DNA of 64,000 bases from the NCBI GenBank assembly GCA_022797635.1, contig JAAWKZ010000001.1, forward strand, positions 98,702 through 162,701. Direction: 5' to 3'. Shown here piece after piece: positions 1 to 10,647 of the stretch. Made by a program: the position numbers and the translations under genes. How positions within the stretch are numbered: the first letter of the stretch is position 1; every line of letters starts with the position of its first letter. Below the pieces are notes generated by a model, which worked only from the letters and a program-made list of their open reading frames with translations, did not search any database and was not told the origin of the DNA. The DNA is from Clostridia bacterium (GTDB lineage: Bacteria; Bacillota; Clostridia; TANB77; CAG-508).

Positions 1-148
1 CAATTGCCTTATCATCTCTAAAATTTCTATCTCCATGTAACTCGATAAATTCATCAAAAATGCTTTCTATGTAATCAATAGCTGTCTTCCTTTTCGGATT
101 TCTAGCAATTTCTACCTTTTCCCAAGCAGAGGATTTATTCTTTTCCAT
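1..148 (-). CDS. accA: acetyl-CoA carboxylase carboxyltransferase subunit alpha, 5' part only (gene runs off the window)
   Basis: The minus-strand ATG at 146-148 overlaps the accD stop. My translation is [49 protein letters not shown], a typical AccA N-terminus. It also holds the expected position after accD. Confidence 0.8.
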   Translation of the reverse strand, partial: MEKNKSSAWEKVEIARNPKRKTAIDYIESIFDEFIELHGDRNFRDDKAI

Positions 149-998
149 TTGTGCTTCCTCCTTTATGGTATTGAATTAACTGATACAACGTATCTTTCAT
201 CTCTTCTCTTGCTACAATTTTGTCTATAAATCCATGTTCTAACAAGAATTCTGCTGTTTGGAAACCTTCTGGCAAACTTTCTCCTATTGTCTGTTCAATT
301 ACTCTTGGTCCTGCAAAACCTATCATAGCTCCTGGTTCTGCTAACACAATATCTCCAAGACTTGCAAAAGAAGCAGTTACTCCTCCATAAGTTGGATCTG
401 TTAAAACCGATATGTATAATAGTCCTGCTTCATCTAACTTAGTAAGTGCTGCTGTTGTTTTTGCCATTTGCATTAAAGAAATAATCCCCTCTTGCATTCT
501 AGCACCACCTGATACAGCAAATATGATAAGTGGTAATTTTAATTGAATTGCTTGTTCTATGCTATAAGTAATCTTTTCACCAACTACTGCTCCCATACTT
601 CCCATTAAAAAGCCACTATCCATAATACAAATAACTACATCTTCGCCTTTGATTTTTCCAGTTCCACAAGCAACAGCCTCTTCTATATTTGTTTTTTCCC
701 TTAAAGCTGCTAATTTCTTAGGATAATCTTCTAAATCTAAAGGATTAATAGTTTCTATATTCAAATCAAAACGTTTATATGTCCCCTCATCAATTACTAA
801 TTCTATTCTTTTCCCAATATGCATTCTAAAATAATGACCACAGTTAGGACAAATATTTAGATTACTTCTCACTGTATCTTTATAGATAATTTCATGACAT
901 TTTTCGCATTTTAGCCATTTTCCAATAGGAATATCTACATTTGACTTTTTATTAGCTAAATTTTTGGTTTCTCTTTTCTTGATTTTATCTACTATCAT
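135..998 (-). CDS. accD: acetyl-CoA carboxylase carboxyltransferase subunit beta
   Basis: ORF-track protein with the N-terminal zinc ribbon CEKC...CPNC and the carboxyltransferase core GGARMQEG. It overlaps accC by 4 nt. Confidence 0.95.
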   Translation of the reverse strand: MIVDKIKKRETKNLANKKSNVDIPIGKWLKCEKCHEIIYKDTVRSNLNICPNCGHYFRMHIGKRIELVIDEGTYKRFDLNIETINPLDLEDYPKKLAALREKTNIEEAVACGTGKIKGEDVVICIMDSGFLMGSMGAVVGEKITYSIEQAIQLKLPLIIFAVSGGARMQEGIISLMQMAKTTAALTKLDEAGLLYISVLTDPTYGGVTASFASLGDIVLAEPGAMIGFAGPRVIEQTIGESLPEGFQTAEFLLEHGFIDKIVAREEMKDTLYQLIQYHKGGSTNGKE

Positions 999-2353
999 TT
1001 ATTTTTCTTTTCCCCTTTTAAAATGTTCTTTTCAATAAAGGATGTATCAAAATTTCCTCTAATAAAATCTGGATTACGAATAATATCAAAAAGGAAATCT
1101 CGATTTGTTTCCACTCCATCTATTACAAGTTCTTCTAATGCTCTTTTCATTTTGCTAATCGCTTCATTTCGAGTATTTCCAAATACAATGATTTTAGCGA
1201 TCATAGAATCATAATTAGCAGGAATGGTATATCCGCTATAAATTGCAGTATCTACTCTAATCCCATTTCCTCCTGGTAAATTCATTTCATTGATTTTTCC
1301 TGGTGATGGCATAAAGTTTTTACTTGGATTTTCCGCATTAATTCTACATTCCATAGAATGACCTTTAAATTCAATTTCCTTTTGTTTAAATTTCAATTCT
1401 TCTCCTGCTGCAATACGAATTTGCTCTTTCACCAAATCAATTCCTGTTCTCATTTCTGTAATTGGATGTTCTACTTGAATTCTTGTATTCATTTCCATGA
1501 AATAGAAATTTTTATCTTTATCCACTAGAAATTCTACTGTACCACAACTTGTATATCCAGCTGCTTTTGCTGCTTTGATAGCTGCATTTCCCATTTTACT
1601 TCTTAGCTTGTCATCTATAATAGTAGAAGGAGTTTCTTCAATTACCTTTTGATGATTTCTTTGAATTGTACAATCTCTTTCTCCTAGATGCACTACATTT
1701 CCATGTTCATCTGCTAAAATTTGAATTTCCACATGTCTTGGATTTTGAATAAACTTTTCTATGTATATCTCACTATCATTAAAAGCATTTTTAGCTTCTT
1801 GTTTAACAATATTGTAGTTTGTTTCTAATTCTTCAAAGGAATTTACTTGTCTAATTCCTTTGCCTCCACCACCTGCTGATGCTTTTAATAAAACAGGATA
1901 ACCAATTTTTTCACAAACTAAAATAGCTTGTTTTAAGTTTTTTATACTTCCATCAGAACCTGGAATAACTGGTACTCCCTCTTTTTTCATCATCTCTTTA
2001 CTATTAGACTTGTTACCCAACAAATCAATTACTTTAGAAGTTGGACCAATAAATTTAATATTAGACTCTTCACAAATTTTAGCAAATTGTGAATTTTCAG
2101 ATAAAAAACCAAAGCCTGGATGAATACTATCTGCTTTTGTAATACTTGCCGCTTCAATAATATTCTTTATATTCAAATAACTTTGTTTAGGGCTTGCAGG
2201 TCCAATACAAATTGCCTCATCTGCAAGTCTTGTATGCAATGCGTCTTTATCTACTTCTGAATAAACTGCTACTGTTTTAATATTCATTTCTTTGCATGCT
2301 CTAATAATACGAACTGCAATTTCTCCACGATTTGCTATTAGTATTTTATTCAT
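995..2353 (-). CDS. accC: biotin carboxylase
   Basis: 452 aa starting [22 protein letters not shown], with the ATP-grasp motifs GGGGKGIR and [11 protein letters not shown]. Confidence 0.95.
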   Translation of the reverse strand: MNKILIANRGEIAVRIIRACKEMNIKTVAVYSEVDKDALHTRLADEAICIGPASPKQSYLNIKNIIEAASITKADSIHPGFGFLSENSQFAKICEESNIKFIGPTSKVIDLLGNKSNSKEMMKKEGVPVIPGSDGSIKNLKQAILVCEKIGYPVLLKASAGGGGKGIRQVNSFEELETNYNIVKQEAKNAFNDSEIYIEKFIQNPRHVEIQILADEHGNVVHLGERDCTIQRNHQKVIEETPSTIIDDKLRSKMGNAAIKAAKAAGYTSCGTVEFLVDKDKNFYFMEMNTRIQVEHPITEMRTGIDLVKEQIRIAAGEELKFKQKEIEFKGHSMECRINAENPSKNFMPSPGKINEMNLPGGNGIRVDTAIYSGYTIPANYDSMIAKIIVFGNTRNEAISKMKRALEELVIDGVETNRDFLFDIIRNPDFIRGNFDTSFIEKNILKGEKKNK

Positions 2354-2385
2354 TTTGTTTTATCTCCTTCATATTTTGCTTAGTT

Positions 2386-3084
2386 CTAAAGCTTATTAAT
2401 TATCTTTTCATTTGCTTTTAAATAATTATCTAAATATTCAATCCATTCTGGAACATTTTCTTCCTCAAAAAAATGATACAGAAATTCAATCATCATATTA
2501 TGTCTCTTTATTGCCTCTTCTCTTCCAGAATCAGTCATCATTAATTTCTTAAGTCTTAGTAACTTCTCGAACATATGATTAACAACAGTTCCAACTGTCT
2601 TTGACATATAATCATTTGCAGACAAATTTAATATTGGGTATACATTTTTATCAAAAAATAAATCACCACGATTCAAATGATATTGATAACTACGAATTAT
2701 TCCAGTTGCTCCAATCCCATCACACATATCAGCATCTGATACTATCATTCCTTCAATGGTCATTGGTCTAATTCCATTCAATCTTTTACTATAGCCAATT
2801 GTTTTAACCTCTTTTAAAATTCTCTCTTTAATATCAGTTTCAATAGGACATTGTTGTAGAATCTTTTTAGTATTTACTAAATTATTAGCATTTTCAACTC
2901 CAACTAACTTATAATCATCAACATCATGTAATAGTGCTATTAAAGCAACTATATCCTTATCAGCCTTTTCAATCTCAGCAAATTTTAAAGACAAATTCAA
3001 TACTCGATTTACATGTTCCATTCCATGCCCTGAATTTTCTTTATTAAGCAATACCTTTACTTGTTCTTTTACCTTTTCTATCAT
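2386..3084 (-). CDS. HD-domain phosphohydrolase (YedJ-like), embedded in the fab/acc operon
   Basis: Contains HGMEHVNRV...LLHDVDD, the H...HD metal-binding signature. Confidence 0.7.
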   Translation of the reverse strand: MIEKVKEQVKVLLNKENSGHGMEHVNRVLNLSLKFAEIEKADKDIVALIALLHDVDDYKLVGVENANNLVNTKKILQQCPIETDIKERILKEVKTIGYSKRLNGIRPMTIEGMIVSDADMCDGIGATGIIRSYQYHLNRGDLFFDKNVYPILNLSANDYMSKTVGTVVNHMFEKLLRLKKLMMTDSGREEAIKRHNMMIEFLYHFFEEENVPEWIEYLDNYLKANEKIINKL

Positions 3085-3148
3085 TATAAGTACCCCCTAT
3101 ATTTTTATTTAATTATAACATACTATTAAATGATAAAATAGCAAATAT

Positions 3149-3571
3149 TTAAACTACTGCAAAGGTAAATTCCCCTTTTGCTGCTAACTTCCCATCAACA
3201 GTTGCAATTCCTTCTCCTACACCAATAGGACCTTTTTTCTTAATAATATTCACTTCTAATTTCAATCTATCTCCTGGCACAACCATTTTCTTAAATTTCA
3301 ATTTATCAATTCCACCAAACAATGCATTTTTCCCTTTATTTTCTTCTAAGGAAAGGATGGCAACTGCACCTGCTTGTGCTAAACTTTCTGTAATTAACAC
3401 TCCTGGCATAATAGGGTTACCTGGAAAATGTCCTTTAAAATACCATTCATCTTTATCCACATTTTTGTATGCCACTGTTCTTTCTCCTGGTATATATTCT
3501 TCTACTTCATCTATCATTAAAAATGGTTCTCTTTGTGGAATAATCTCTTTTATCTGTTCTCTATTTAACAT
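3149..3571 (-). CDS. fabZ: 3-hydroxyacyl-ACP dehydratase
   Basis: 140 aa hotdog-fold protein with IPQREPFLMID...HFPGNPIMPGVL. Confidence 0.95.
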   Translation of the reverse strand: MLNREQIKEIIPQREPFLMIDEVEEYIPGERTVAYKNVDKDEWYFKGHFPGNPIMPGVLITESLAQAGAVAILSLEENKGKNALFGGIDKLKFKKMVVPGDRLKLEVNIIKKKGPIGVGEGIATVDGKLAAKGEFTFAVV

Positions 3572-3587
3572 TATTTTTCTCCTTTTT

Positions 3588-3706
3588 TGTGTCAGTTTAG
3601 GAACGTTAAGTCAGCTGTGTGAAGCGAAGCGAGCTACAGATGATTTATGCGATGGAACGCAGTGAAATGTATAGTTTAACTGACATCTGTCCCAAAACTG
3701 ACATTA
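3588..3706 (-). repeat. intercistronic repeat element, long copy A, between accB and fabZ
   Basis: By hand alignment, its ~78-nt core differs at 5 positions from 15792-15913. The minus-strand element starts TAATGTCAGTTTTGGGACAGATGTCAGTT, overlapping the accB stop. The closing helix TGTCAGTT/AACTGACA is present. Confidence 0.7.
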
Positions 3707-4141
3707 TTCAATTACAAATAAAGGCTTGCCATATTCTACTGCTTCTCCGTCTTTTACTAGGATTTCCTTTACTTTCCCTTCAAATTCTGATTCAATTTCA
3801 TTCATTAATTTCATTGCTTCAATAATGCAAAGGGTATCTCCTTTTTTGACATTCTTTCCAACTTCTACATAGCTTTCAGAAGTTGGAGAAGGTTTTAAAT
3901 AGAAAGTTCCAACCATTGGAGATTTTACAATATTTCCTTTAACAACTTGTGCTGATACTTCTTGTGTTTTTTCTACTGTTGATATCGTTTCTGTTGCCAC
4001 TTCTACTACTGGAGTAGCTACTTTCACGGCTGTTTCTTTTTTCATACTAATTTTAGTTCCGTCTGGAAAATCAATGTCAATTGCAGTCAATTTTGAGTTT
4101 CCCATATCTTCCATCAATTGTTTAATTTTCTCATATTCCAT
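3704..4141 (-). CDS. accB: biotin carboxyl carrier protein
   Basis: 145 aa with the biotinylation motif EAMKLMNEIE near the C-terminus. Confidence 0.92.
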   Translation of the reverse strand: MEYEKIKQLMEDMGNSKLTAIDIDFPDGTKISMKKETAVKVATPVVEVATETISTVEKTQEVSAQVVKGNIVKSPMVGTFYLKPSPTSESYVEVGKNVKKGDTLCIIEAMKLMNEIESEFEGKVKEILVKDGEAVEYGKPLFVIE

Positions 4142-4186
4142 TCTTTCTTCTCCTATCTTTATCAGTTCATTGTATCCTGTTTGAAC

Positions 4187-5419
4187 CTATAACTTTTTTA
4201 AAATAATACTGCTATTATGACCACCAAATCCTAAAGAGTTAGACATTACAATATTTAATTCTGCCTTTCTTGGCTCATTTGGTACAATATCCAAATCACA
4301 CTCTTCATCTTTTTCTTGATAGTTAATAGTTGGTGGTACTAACCCTTCTTCTAAAGCTTTTGCACAGAAAATCGCTTCTACTGCTCCTGCAGCTCCTAAT
4401 AAATGTCCCACATTTCCTTTGGTTGAACTAACCATTACTTTTTTGGATGCTTCTCCTAAAGCTGTTTTAATAGCCATTGTTTCTGTTTGGTCATTTAAGT
4501 GTGTAGATGTTCCATGTGCATTTATATAGTCTATTTGTTCTGGGGTAATTCCTGCATTCTTAATAGCTCTTATCATTGCTTTTGCTCCGCCTTCTCCATC
4601 TGGGCAAGGTGAAGTAATATGGTAAGCATCTGTAGTAGAACCAAACCCAATTACTTCTCCATAAATTTTAGCGCCTCTTTGTTTGGCATGTTCTAGTTCT
4701 TCTAAAATAACAATTCCAGCACCTTCTCCCATAACAAATCCGCTTCTTTCTTTATCAAATGGGATACTTGCTCTATTTTTATCAGTGCTACTAGATAGTG
4801 CTTTCATATTTTCAAATCCAGCAATTCCTACTTCACAAATTGCAGCCTCTGTTCCTCCAGCAACTACAACATCTTCTTCTCCTAATTGAATGGTTTTATA
4901 TGCTTCACCAATACAATGTGTAGAAGTAGCACATGCTGTTACTACGCTGATAGATTCTCCTTTAAATCCAAATTCAATAGCAACATTTCCAGCTGGCATA
5001 TTCGCAATTGCCATAGGAATAAACATAGGTGATACTCTTTTATTACCTTTTTCATAATTGATCTCACATTGTTCTTGAATTGTCTTAAAACCTCCAATAC
5101 CAGAACCAACAAAAATACCTACTCTATCAAAGTCTGTATTTTCCTTTGTAATTCCTGCATCTTTCACAGCCTCTCTTGCTGCGATAATAGCAAATTGTGA
5201 TGACCTATCTAACCTTTTAGCTTGCTTTGGGTCAAAATATTCTAATGGGTCATAGTTTTTTACTTCTGCATCTAATTTTGTTTTGTATTCTGTAGTATCA
5301 AATAAGGTAATTTCATCAATTCCACATTTCTTGTTTTTAATTCCATCCCAATTTTCTTCTACATTTTTTCCAATTGGAGTAATTGCTCCTAATCCTGTAA
5401 TAACAACTCTTCTTTCCAT
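4187..5419 (-). CDS. fabF: 3-oxoacyl-ACP synthase II
   Basis: 410 aa starting MERRVVITGLGAITPIG. It has the active-site context VVTACATS and the HGTST and GHLLGAAG motifs. Confidence 0.95.
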   Translation of the reverse strand: MERRVVITGLGAITPIGKNVEENWDGIKNKKCGIDEITLFDTTEYKTKLDAEVKNYDPLEYFDPKQAKRLDRSSQFAIIAAREAVKDAGITKENTDFDRVGIFVGSGIGGFKTIQEQCEINYEKGNKRVSPMFIPMAIANMPAGNVAIEFGFKGESISVVTACATSTHCIGEAYKTIQLGEEDVVVAGGTEAAICEVGIAGFENMKALSSSTDKNRASIPFDKERSGFVMGEGAGIVILEELEHAKQRGAKIYGEVIGFGSTTDAYHITSPCPDGEGGAKAMIRAIKNAGITPEQIDYINAHGTSTHLNDQTETMAIKTALGEASKKVMVSSTKGNVGHLLGAAGAVEAIFCAKALEEGLVPPTINYQEKDEECDLDIVPNEPRKAELNIVMSNSLGFGGHNSSIILKKL

Positions 5420-5431
5420 TTTTCTTCTCCC

Positions 5432-6166
5432 TTACATTAACATTCCACCATCAACTTGAATTACTTGCCCTGTAATATATGAACTCTCATTAGATGCTAA
5501 GAATTTCACAACATTTGCTACATCTTCCACTGTTCCCATTCTTTTTAATGGTATTGTTTTTTTGATTTCTTCTTTGATTTCCTCTTTTAACACATCTGTC
5601 ATTTGTGTTTCAATAAATCCTGGTGCTACTGCATTTACTAAGATGTTTCTACTTCCTACTTCTTTTGCTAAACTTTTAGTAAATCCAATTATTCCTGCTT
5701 TAGAAGCAGCATAATTTGCTTGCCCTGCATTTCCACTAATTCCTACTACTGAAGATAAATTAATAATTCTTCCTTCTTTTTGTTTCATCATATATGGAAT
5801 AACACTTTTGGTTACATTAAAAGTTCCTACAAGATTAACTTGTAATACATCTTCAAAATCTTCCTTTTTCATCCTCATCAGTAATGTATCTTTGGTAATT
5901 CCTGCATTATTTACTAACACATCAACTCTATCTAATTGCTCTATAACTTGTTTAACCATGTTTTCGCTATCTTCAAAGCTAGAAACATCACCTTGAACTG
6001 GTAGGCATTTTACATTACATTTTTCAATTTCACTTTTAGTTATAGTTAAATCTTCATTTTCTGTTCTATAATTTACTGCAATATCATACCCTGCCTTTGC
6101 TAATGTCATTGCAATTTGTCTTCCAATCCCTCTTGTTCCTCCTGTAATAAAAGCAACTTTATTCAT
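5432..6166 (-). CDS. fabG: 3-oxoacyl-ACP reductase
   Basis: 244 aa SDR with TGGTRGIG, NNAG and YAASKAG. Confidence 0.95.
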   Translation of the reverse strand: MNKVAFITGGTRGIGRQIAMTLAKAGYDIAVNYRTENEDLTITKSEIEKCNVKCLPVQGDVSSFEDSENMVKQVIEQLDRVDVLVNNAGITKDTLLMRMKKEDFEDVLQVNLVGTFNVTKSVIPYMMKQKEGRIINLSSVVGISGNAGQANYAASKAGIIGFTKSLAKEVGSRNILVNAVAPGFIETQMTDVLKEEIKEEIKKTIPLKRMGTVEDVANVVKFLASNESSYITGQVIQVDGGMLM

Positions 6167-7097
6167 TTCCCACTACCTCCTTTATGACTTGTTCTAATGT
6201 CTCTACATTATTGATATTTTTCATTTGAACTGGTCTTTCAAAGTTCATTCTTTTGACAAATCCACTTAATGTTTTTCCTGGACCAATTTCAATAAAAGTA
6301 TCTATTCCATTATCATACATTGCTTGCAAATTGCCAGAAAATCTTACTGGATTCATAATATGGTCTGCTAGAATTTGTGCAATGTCATCAGCTTGTTTAT
6401 ATAGCTTTCCATCTATATTTTTAACTACTTTAGCCTCTTTTGTATTTATCTTTGTTTTGCTAATTTCTTCTTTTAAAACTTTTGAACACTCATTTAATTT
6501 CTCTGTATGAAAAGGACCTGCTGTATTTAAAATACTTACCTTTTTAGCACCTAGCTCTTTTGCTATTTCACCTGCTTTTGTAACTGCCTCTTCTTCTCCT
6601 GAAATAACAATTTGACCAATTGTATTAAAATTAGCTGGAACTGCAAAGCCTTGTGCTTGATTACATGCTTCTTGTACTTTTTCTTCATTTAATCCTAGTA
6701 TAGCAGCCATTTTCCAATTTCCTTGAGGTGTTAAGTTTTGCATAATTTCTCCTCTTTTTTGTACTAACTTTACACCTTCTTCAAAGTCAAATATGTCATC
6801 TTCGATTAAAGCTGTATATTCTCCTAAGCTTAATCCTGCTGACATTTTAGCTTGTATATTATATTTTTTTAATATAGCAAGTATAGCTAAACTTTGTGTT
6901 AATATTGCAACTTGGGTATTTTGTGTTTTGTTTAGTTCTTCTTCTGGACCTTCAAAAGAAAGTTTTTTTATTGGCATACCTGTTATTTCTTCTACTTTAT
7001 CATATACTTCTCTTGCTTCTTCATAATTTTCATATAAATCTTTTCCCATGCCAACTGCTTGTGAACCTTGCCCTGGGAATAAAAAACCTATTTTCAT
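6159..7097 (-). CDS. fabD: malonyl CoA-ACP transacylase
   Basis: 312 aa with FPGQGSQ and GLSLGEY motifs. Confidence 0.95.
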   Translation of the reverse strand: MKIGFLFPGQGSQAVGMGKDLYENYEEAREVYDKVEEITGMPIKKLSFEGPEEELNKTQNTQVAILTQSLAILAILKKYNIQAKMSAGLSLGEYTALIEDDIFDFEEGVKLVQKRGEIMQNLTPQGNWKMAAILGLNEEKVQEACNQAQGFAVPANFNTIGQIVISGEEEAVTKAGEIAKELGAKKVSILNTAGPFHTEKLNECSKVLKEEISKTKINTKEAKVVKNIDGKLYKQADDIAQILADHIMNPVRFSGNLQAMYDNGIDTFIEIGPGKTLSGFVKRMNFERPVQMKNINNVETLEQVIKEVVGNE

Positions 7098-7672
7098 CTT
7101 TTTATTCTCCTTTCCATTACAGCTTCAAATTGATTGCAAAACTCTGTTATTACTTTATTTCTATCTACTTCTATCCCAAACTCTTTTTGAATAGAGGTAG
7201 CTATATTTTCAATATCACTTGTAAAGTTCATTTTATTGGTATTCATTCCAATTCCTATTACTAAAAATTTTACAGTTTCTAAATGCACTTTACTTTCTGT
7301 TAGAATACCACCTATTTTTTTCTGATGATACATAATATCATTTGGCTTTTTTATTTCTAATCCTATACCATATTCTTTCTTTAAAATGTCTACTAGAATT
7401 TGTGCTATTTCTACTGTAATTCCTTCTAGTTTTTCTGGTGTACATTCTGTTTGGATATATAGAGAAAAACTAATATTGTTTGGCTCATCAGTATGCCAAA
7501 TTCGTCCATGTGTTCCTTTTCCTTGTGTTTGGAGGTCAGCTATTACAACACTTCCATTGACAATCGTATGGTTTTCTATTTTTCTCCAAATCTCACTTTG
7601 AGTGGAATCTATTTCATGATAGAAACTAACATCTCTTCCTAAAAAATTAGTGGTTAAGTTCGTAAATTGCAT
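7094..7672 (-). CDS. biotin--[acetyl-CoA-carboxylase] ligase-like protein (short form, no HTH domain)
   Basis: 192 aa with the EIDSTQSE...QTQGKGTHGRIW catalytic core of the BirA/BPL family. The exact start is uncertain because it overlaps the upstream gene by 26 nt. Confidence 0.7.
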   Translation of the reverse strand: MQFTNLTTNFLGRDVSFYHEIDSTQSEIWRKIENHTIVNGSVVIADLQTQGKGTHGRIWHTDEPNNISFSLYIQTECTPEKLEGITVEIAQILVDILKKEYGIGLEIKKPNDIMYHQKKIGGILTESKVHLETVKFLVIGIGMNTNKMNFTSDIENIATSIQKEFGIEVDRNKVITEFCNQFEAVMERRIKR

Positions 7673-9365
7673 CTAAATTTGCCTGCCTTTTAATTTTATT
7701 AGTGGTAGTTTTAATTAGTGGCTCTTCTGTTAGGATAAGACCTCTAATTGCTTTATATTTTGGCATTTGTTCATTTACTTCTTTGATTTTTTCTAAAATT
7801 GCTTTGTAAATTTCCTCTTGTGTTTCTGCCTTATATACATTTTTTACAATTTCTTTATCATACACTACTTTGACATGGATTTTAATATTTTCCTTATCTT
7901 CTGATAGTTGTTTTCCAAAAATGAAAGACTCTTTTACTCCCTCAATTTTATTCACTAAAACTTCCATTTCTTCTGGGAAAATATTTTTACCATTTTTTAA
8001 TACAATCACACTTTTCTTTCTTCCACAAATATAGATATATCCATCTTCATCTATTTTTGCTAAATCACCTGTGTAAAACCATTCACCTTGAAAAGCCTCT
8101 TTAGTTGCTACTTCATCTTGGTAATATCCTAAAGCCACATTAGATCCTTTTACTACTAGTTCACCAATACCTTCTTGGTTGATATCTACTAATTTTGCTT
8201 CCATACTTGGTACCACTTTTCCAATAGAGCCTAGTCTATATTCTTCATTGGTTCCTACTGCTACTACTGGTGAAGTTTCTGTTAGTCCATATCCTTGTAC
8301 TAGGTTAAGTCCTAATAGCCTATATCTCTCTTCTATTTTTCTATCTAAAGCTGCTGCTCCTGAAATAAATAGTTTGATATTTCCTCCTAGCATTTCATGG
8401 ATTTCTGGAAATGCTTTTCTTTTTTCTTCCATAGTATGATTTCTTAATTCTTCTTCTCTTCTTAAAATTTCTTCTAATTTACCTTGCTTTTCTAGTCCTT
8501 TTCTAATAATATCAAATATTCTTTCATAAATTCCTGGAACGCAAGCCATAACACTTACTTTGTATTCTTTTAAGTTATCAATTACATGTTTTAATCCATC
8601 ACAAAATACAGTGGTTGCTCCTTTGTATAAAGAAAAAAGAAATCCAACAGTACATTCAAAAACATGGTGAATTGGTAAAATAGAGAGCAATGTATCTTCT
8701 GATGTAATATCTAAAATGCTTCCAATGTCCATTAAATTTGAACATATATTTTTGTGTGAAAGTGCTACTACTTTTGAACTAGAAGTAGTTCCTGAGGTAA
8801 ATAACATAATTGCCATTTTCTCACTATCGATTTTGGCATCTATAAATTCTCTATTTCCTTGTGCAATTAGATTTTCACCTTTTTGGATTAACTCTTGCTC
8901 AGAATAAATACCGCTTGCATGTTCTGTATTATCCATTGAGATTAAGTGTTTTAGTTTATTATTTTCATTGTATTTTATTTTTGTTAGTGCTTCTTCATAT
9001 TTTTGGGAATAAAAAATTGCTTCTACTTCTGATCTTTCAATTAAGGATTCTAATTCATTTTCTGGTAGGGATTTGTCTAATGGCACAACAATACCTGTTC
9101 CACATACAATAGAAAGGTATGCGATTTCCCATTCATAACGATTTTCTCCAATAACTGCAATTCTTTTTCCTTTTAATCCCATATCTATTAATGCTGTTCC
9201 AAGGCTATCTACCATTTTTCTTACTTGTTTGTGAGTAAATGTGATATATCCATCTTTTCCATCTCTTACTTTATACGCTATTTTATCTGCATAGATGTCT
9301 TTTGTCTTGTTTAACATATCCTTTAAGTCTGTAATTTCAATAGTTTCATATAGCTTTTTACTCAT
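7647..9365 (-). CDS. AMP-dependent synthetase / long-chain fatty acid--CoA ligase
   Basis: 572 aa with the AMP-binding motif FTSGTTSSSK and the GYGLTE and GDL..IDEDGY motifs. Confidence 0.85.
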   Translation of the reverse strand: MSKKLYETIEITDLKDMLNKTKDIYADKIAYKVRDGKDGYITFTHKQVRKMVDSLGTALIDMGLKGKRIAVIGENRYEWEIAYLSIVCGTGIVVPLDKSLPENELESLIERSEVEAIFYSQKYEEALTKIKYNENNKLKHLISMDNTEHASGIYSEQELIQKGENLIAQGNREFIDAKIDSEKMAIMLFTSGTTSSSKVVALSHKNICSNLMDIGSILDITSEDTLLSILPIHHVFECTVGFLFSLYKGATTVFCDGLKHVIDNLKEYKVSVMACVPGIYERIFDIIRKGLEKQGKLEEILRREEELRNHTMEEKRKAFPEIHEMLGGNIKLFISGAAALDRKIEERYRLLGLNLVQGYGLTETSPVVAVGTNEEYRLGSIGKVVPSMEAKLVDINQEGIGELVVKGSNVALGYYQDEVATKEAFQGEWFYTGDLAKIDEDGYIYICGRKKSVIVLKNGKNIFPEEMEVLVNKIEGVKESFIFGKQLSEDKENIKIHVKVVYDKEIVKNVYKAETQEEIYKAILEKIKEVNEQMPKYKAIRGLILTEEPLIKTTTNKIKRQANLDAIYELNH

Positions 9366-9510
9366 TTGTTTTATTCTCCTTTTTCTTAATTTTTCATTAT
9401 GATTTATATCATATTTTTGAAAAAAAATCTTTAGACTGAGAGGTCAGTATAAAAAATTCTTTCGCATATTTCCTTCTTCTCTTTCATAAATTTTTATTGG
9501 TGAAGTTTAC

Positions 9511-10647
9511 ATGTTATTGTCTAAAAAATTAAAATGGATATTTCTTATTTCTTTTTCTTTCTTACTAGTTTTAGTAGGTCTCTTTTCTTTTGAAAGACTT
9601 TCGGCCATTCCTGTTTCAAGTAGTCAAGCTTTTGAATGGTATAATTCTACTTCAGAAAATACTGTGCAAGAAAAGAAATATATTAAGTGGTTTGAGTTTA
9701 AAGTTTCTTATGAGGTTCTAGATAAGACATCTAAATTAGATATTCAATCACATAATAATCATGAAGATGTGAAACTAAATTGGATTGAATTAATCTCTTA
9801 TTTAGCCTGTAAATATGGAAATGATTTTTCAAGATACAAATCTCAAGACTTAACTAATTTAGTAGAAAAATTAAGAAGCGGTCAAACGATCTCTGATTTG
9901 ACAAAAGATATGAAGAATTATAACTATTATTTTGAAGGCTATGATAGTGTATTACATGAATTTATTGGGGACTTTAAACAAGAAGTCAAAACTACTGTAA
10001 GTTCAAAAAACAATACAGAAGGGACTTCTAGTCCAGATAATTCTACTGTTGAACAAGAAATTCCTCAAAAGCAATTTGAAAATAAATATGGTATTAAAGC
10101 CTTCCACCCTGTTGCTAAAAACTATTCTTATAGTCATTATGATGATTTTGGTGCTTCTAGGTCTTATGGATATAAAAGGCTACATTTTGGAAATGATTTA
10201 ATGGGAAGTGTTGGTGCTCCTATTATTGCAGTGGAATCTGGTGTTGTAGAAGCGGCTGGTTGGAATCAATATGGTGGTTGGAGAATTGGTATTCGTAGTT
10301 TTGATAAAAAACGTTATTATTACTATGCCCATTTGAGAAAAAATCACCCTTATGCTGAAAATTTAAAAGAAGGTCAAATTGTGCAAGCAGGTGATGTCAT
10401 TGGTTATCTTGGTATGACTGGATATAGTACGAAAGAGAATGTCAATAATATCAATGTTCCTCATCTTCATTTTGGTATACAGCTTATTTTTGATGAAGTG
10501 CAAAAAGAAGGACCTAATCAAATTTGGGTAGATTTGTATGATTTAGTAAATTTCTTGCAAAAAAATCGTAGTGAAGTTTACAAGAGTAACCAAGAGACTA
10601 AAGATTATTCAAGGAAATATGAAATAATAGATCCAATTGTGCCATAA
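9511..10647 (+). CDS. M23 family metallopeptidase with N-terminal membrane anchor
   Basis: 378 aa. The C-terminal LytM-type domain has HFGNDL, YYAHL and PHLHFGIQ. Confidence 0.85.
   Translation: MLLSKKLKWIFLISFSFLLVLVGLFSFERLSAIPVSSSQAFEWYNSTSENTVQEKKYIKWFEFKVSYEVLDKTSKLDIQSHNNHEDVKLNWIELISYLACKYGNDFSRYKSQDLTNLVEKLRSGQTISDLTKDMKNYNYYFEGYDSVLHEFIGDFKQEVKTTVSSKNNTEGTSSPDNSTVEQEIPQKQFENKYGIKAFHPVAKNYSYSHYDDFGASRSYGYKRLHFGNDLMGSVGAPIIAVESGVVEAAGWNQYGGWRIGIRSFDKKRYYYYAHLRKNHPYAENLKEGQIVQAGDVIGYLGMTGYSTKENVNNINVPHLHFGIQLIFDEVQKEGPNQIWVDLYDLVNFLQKNRSEVYKSNQETKDYSRKYEIIDPIVP

Noticed and set aside
3357-3825. Track ORFs 3357-3665 (+) and 3619-3825 (+) crossing the accB-fabZ spacer
   Set aside because: They are antisense to fabZ and accB and run through the repeat element. 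They have no RBS and no recognisable family, so they are shadow ORFs.
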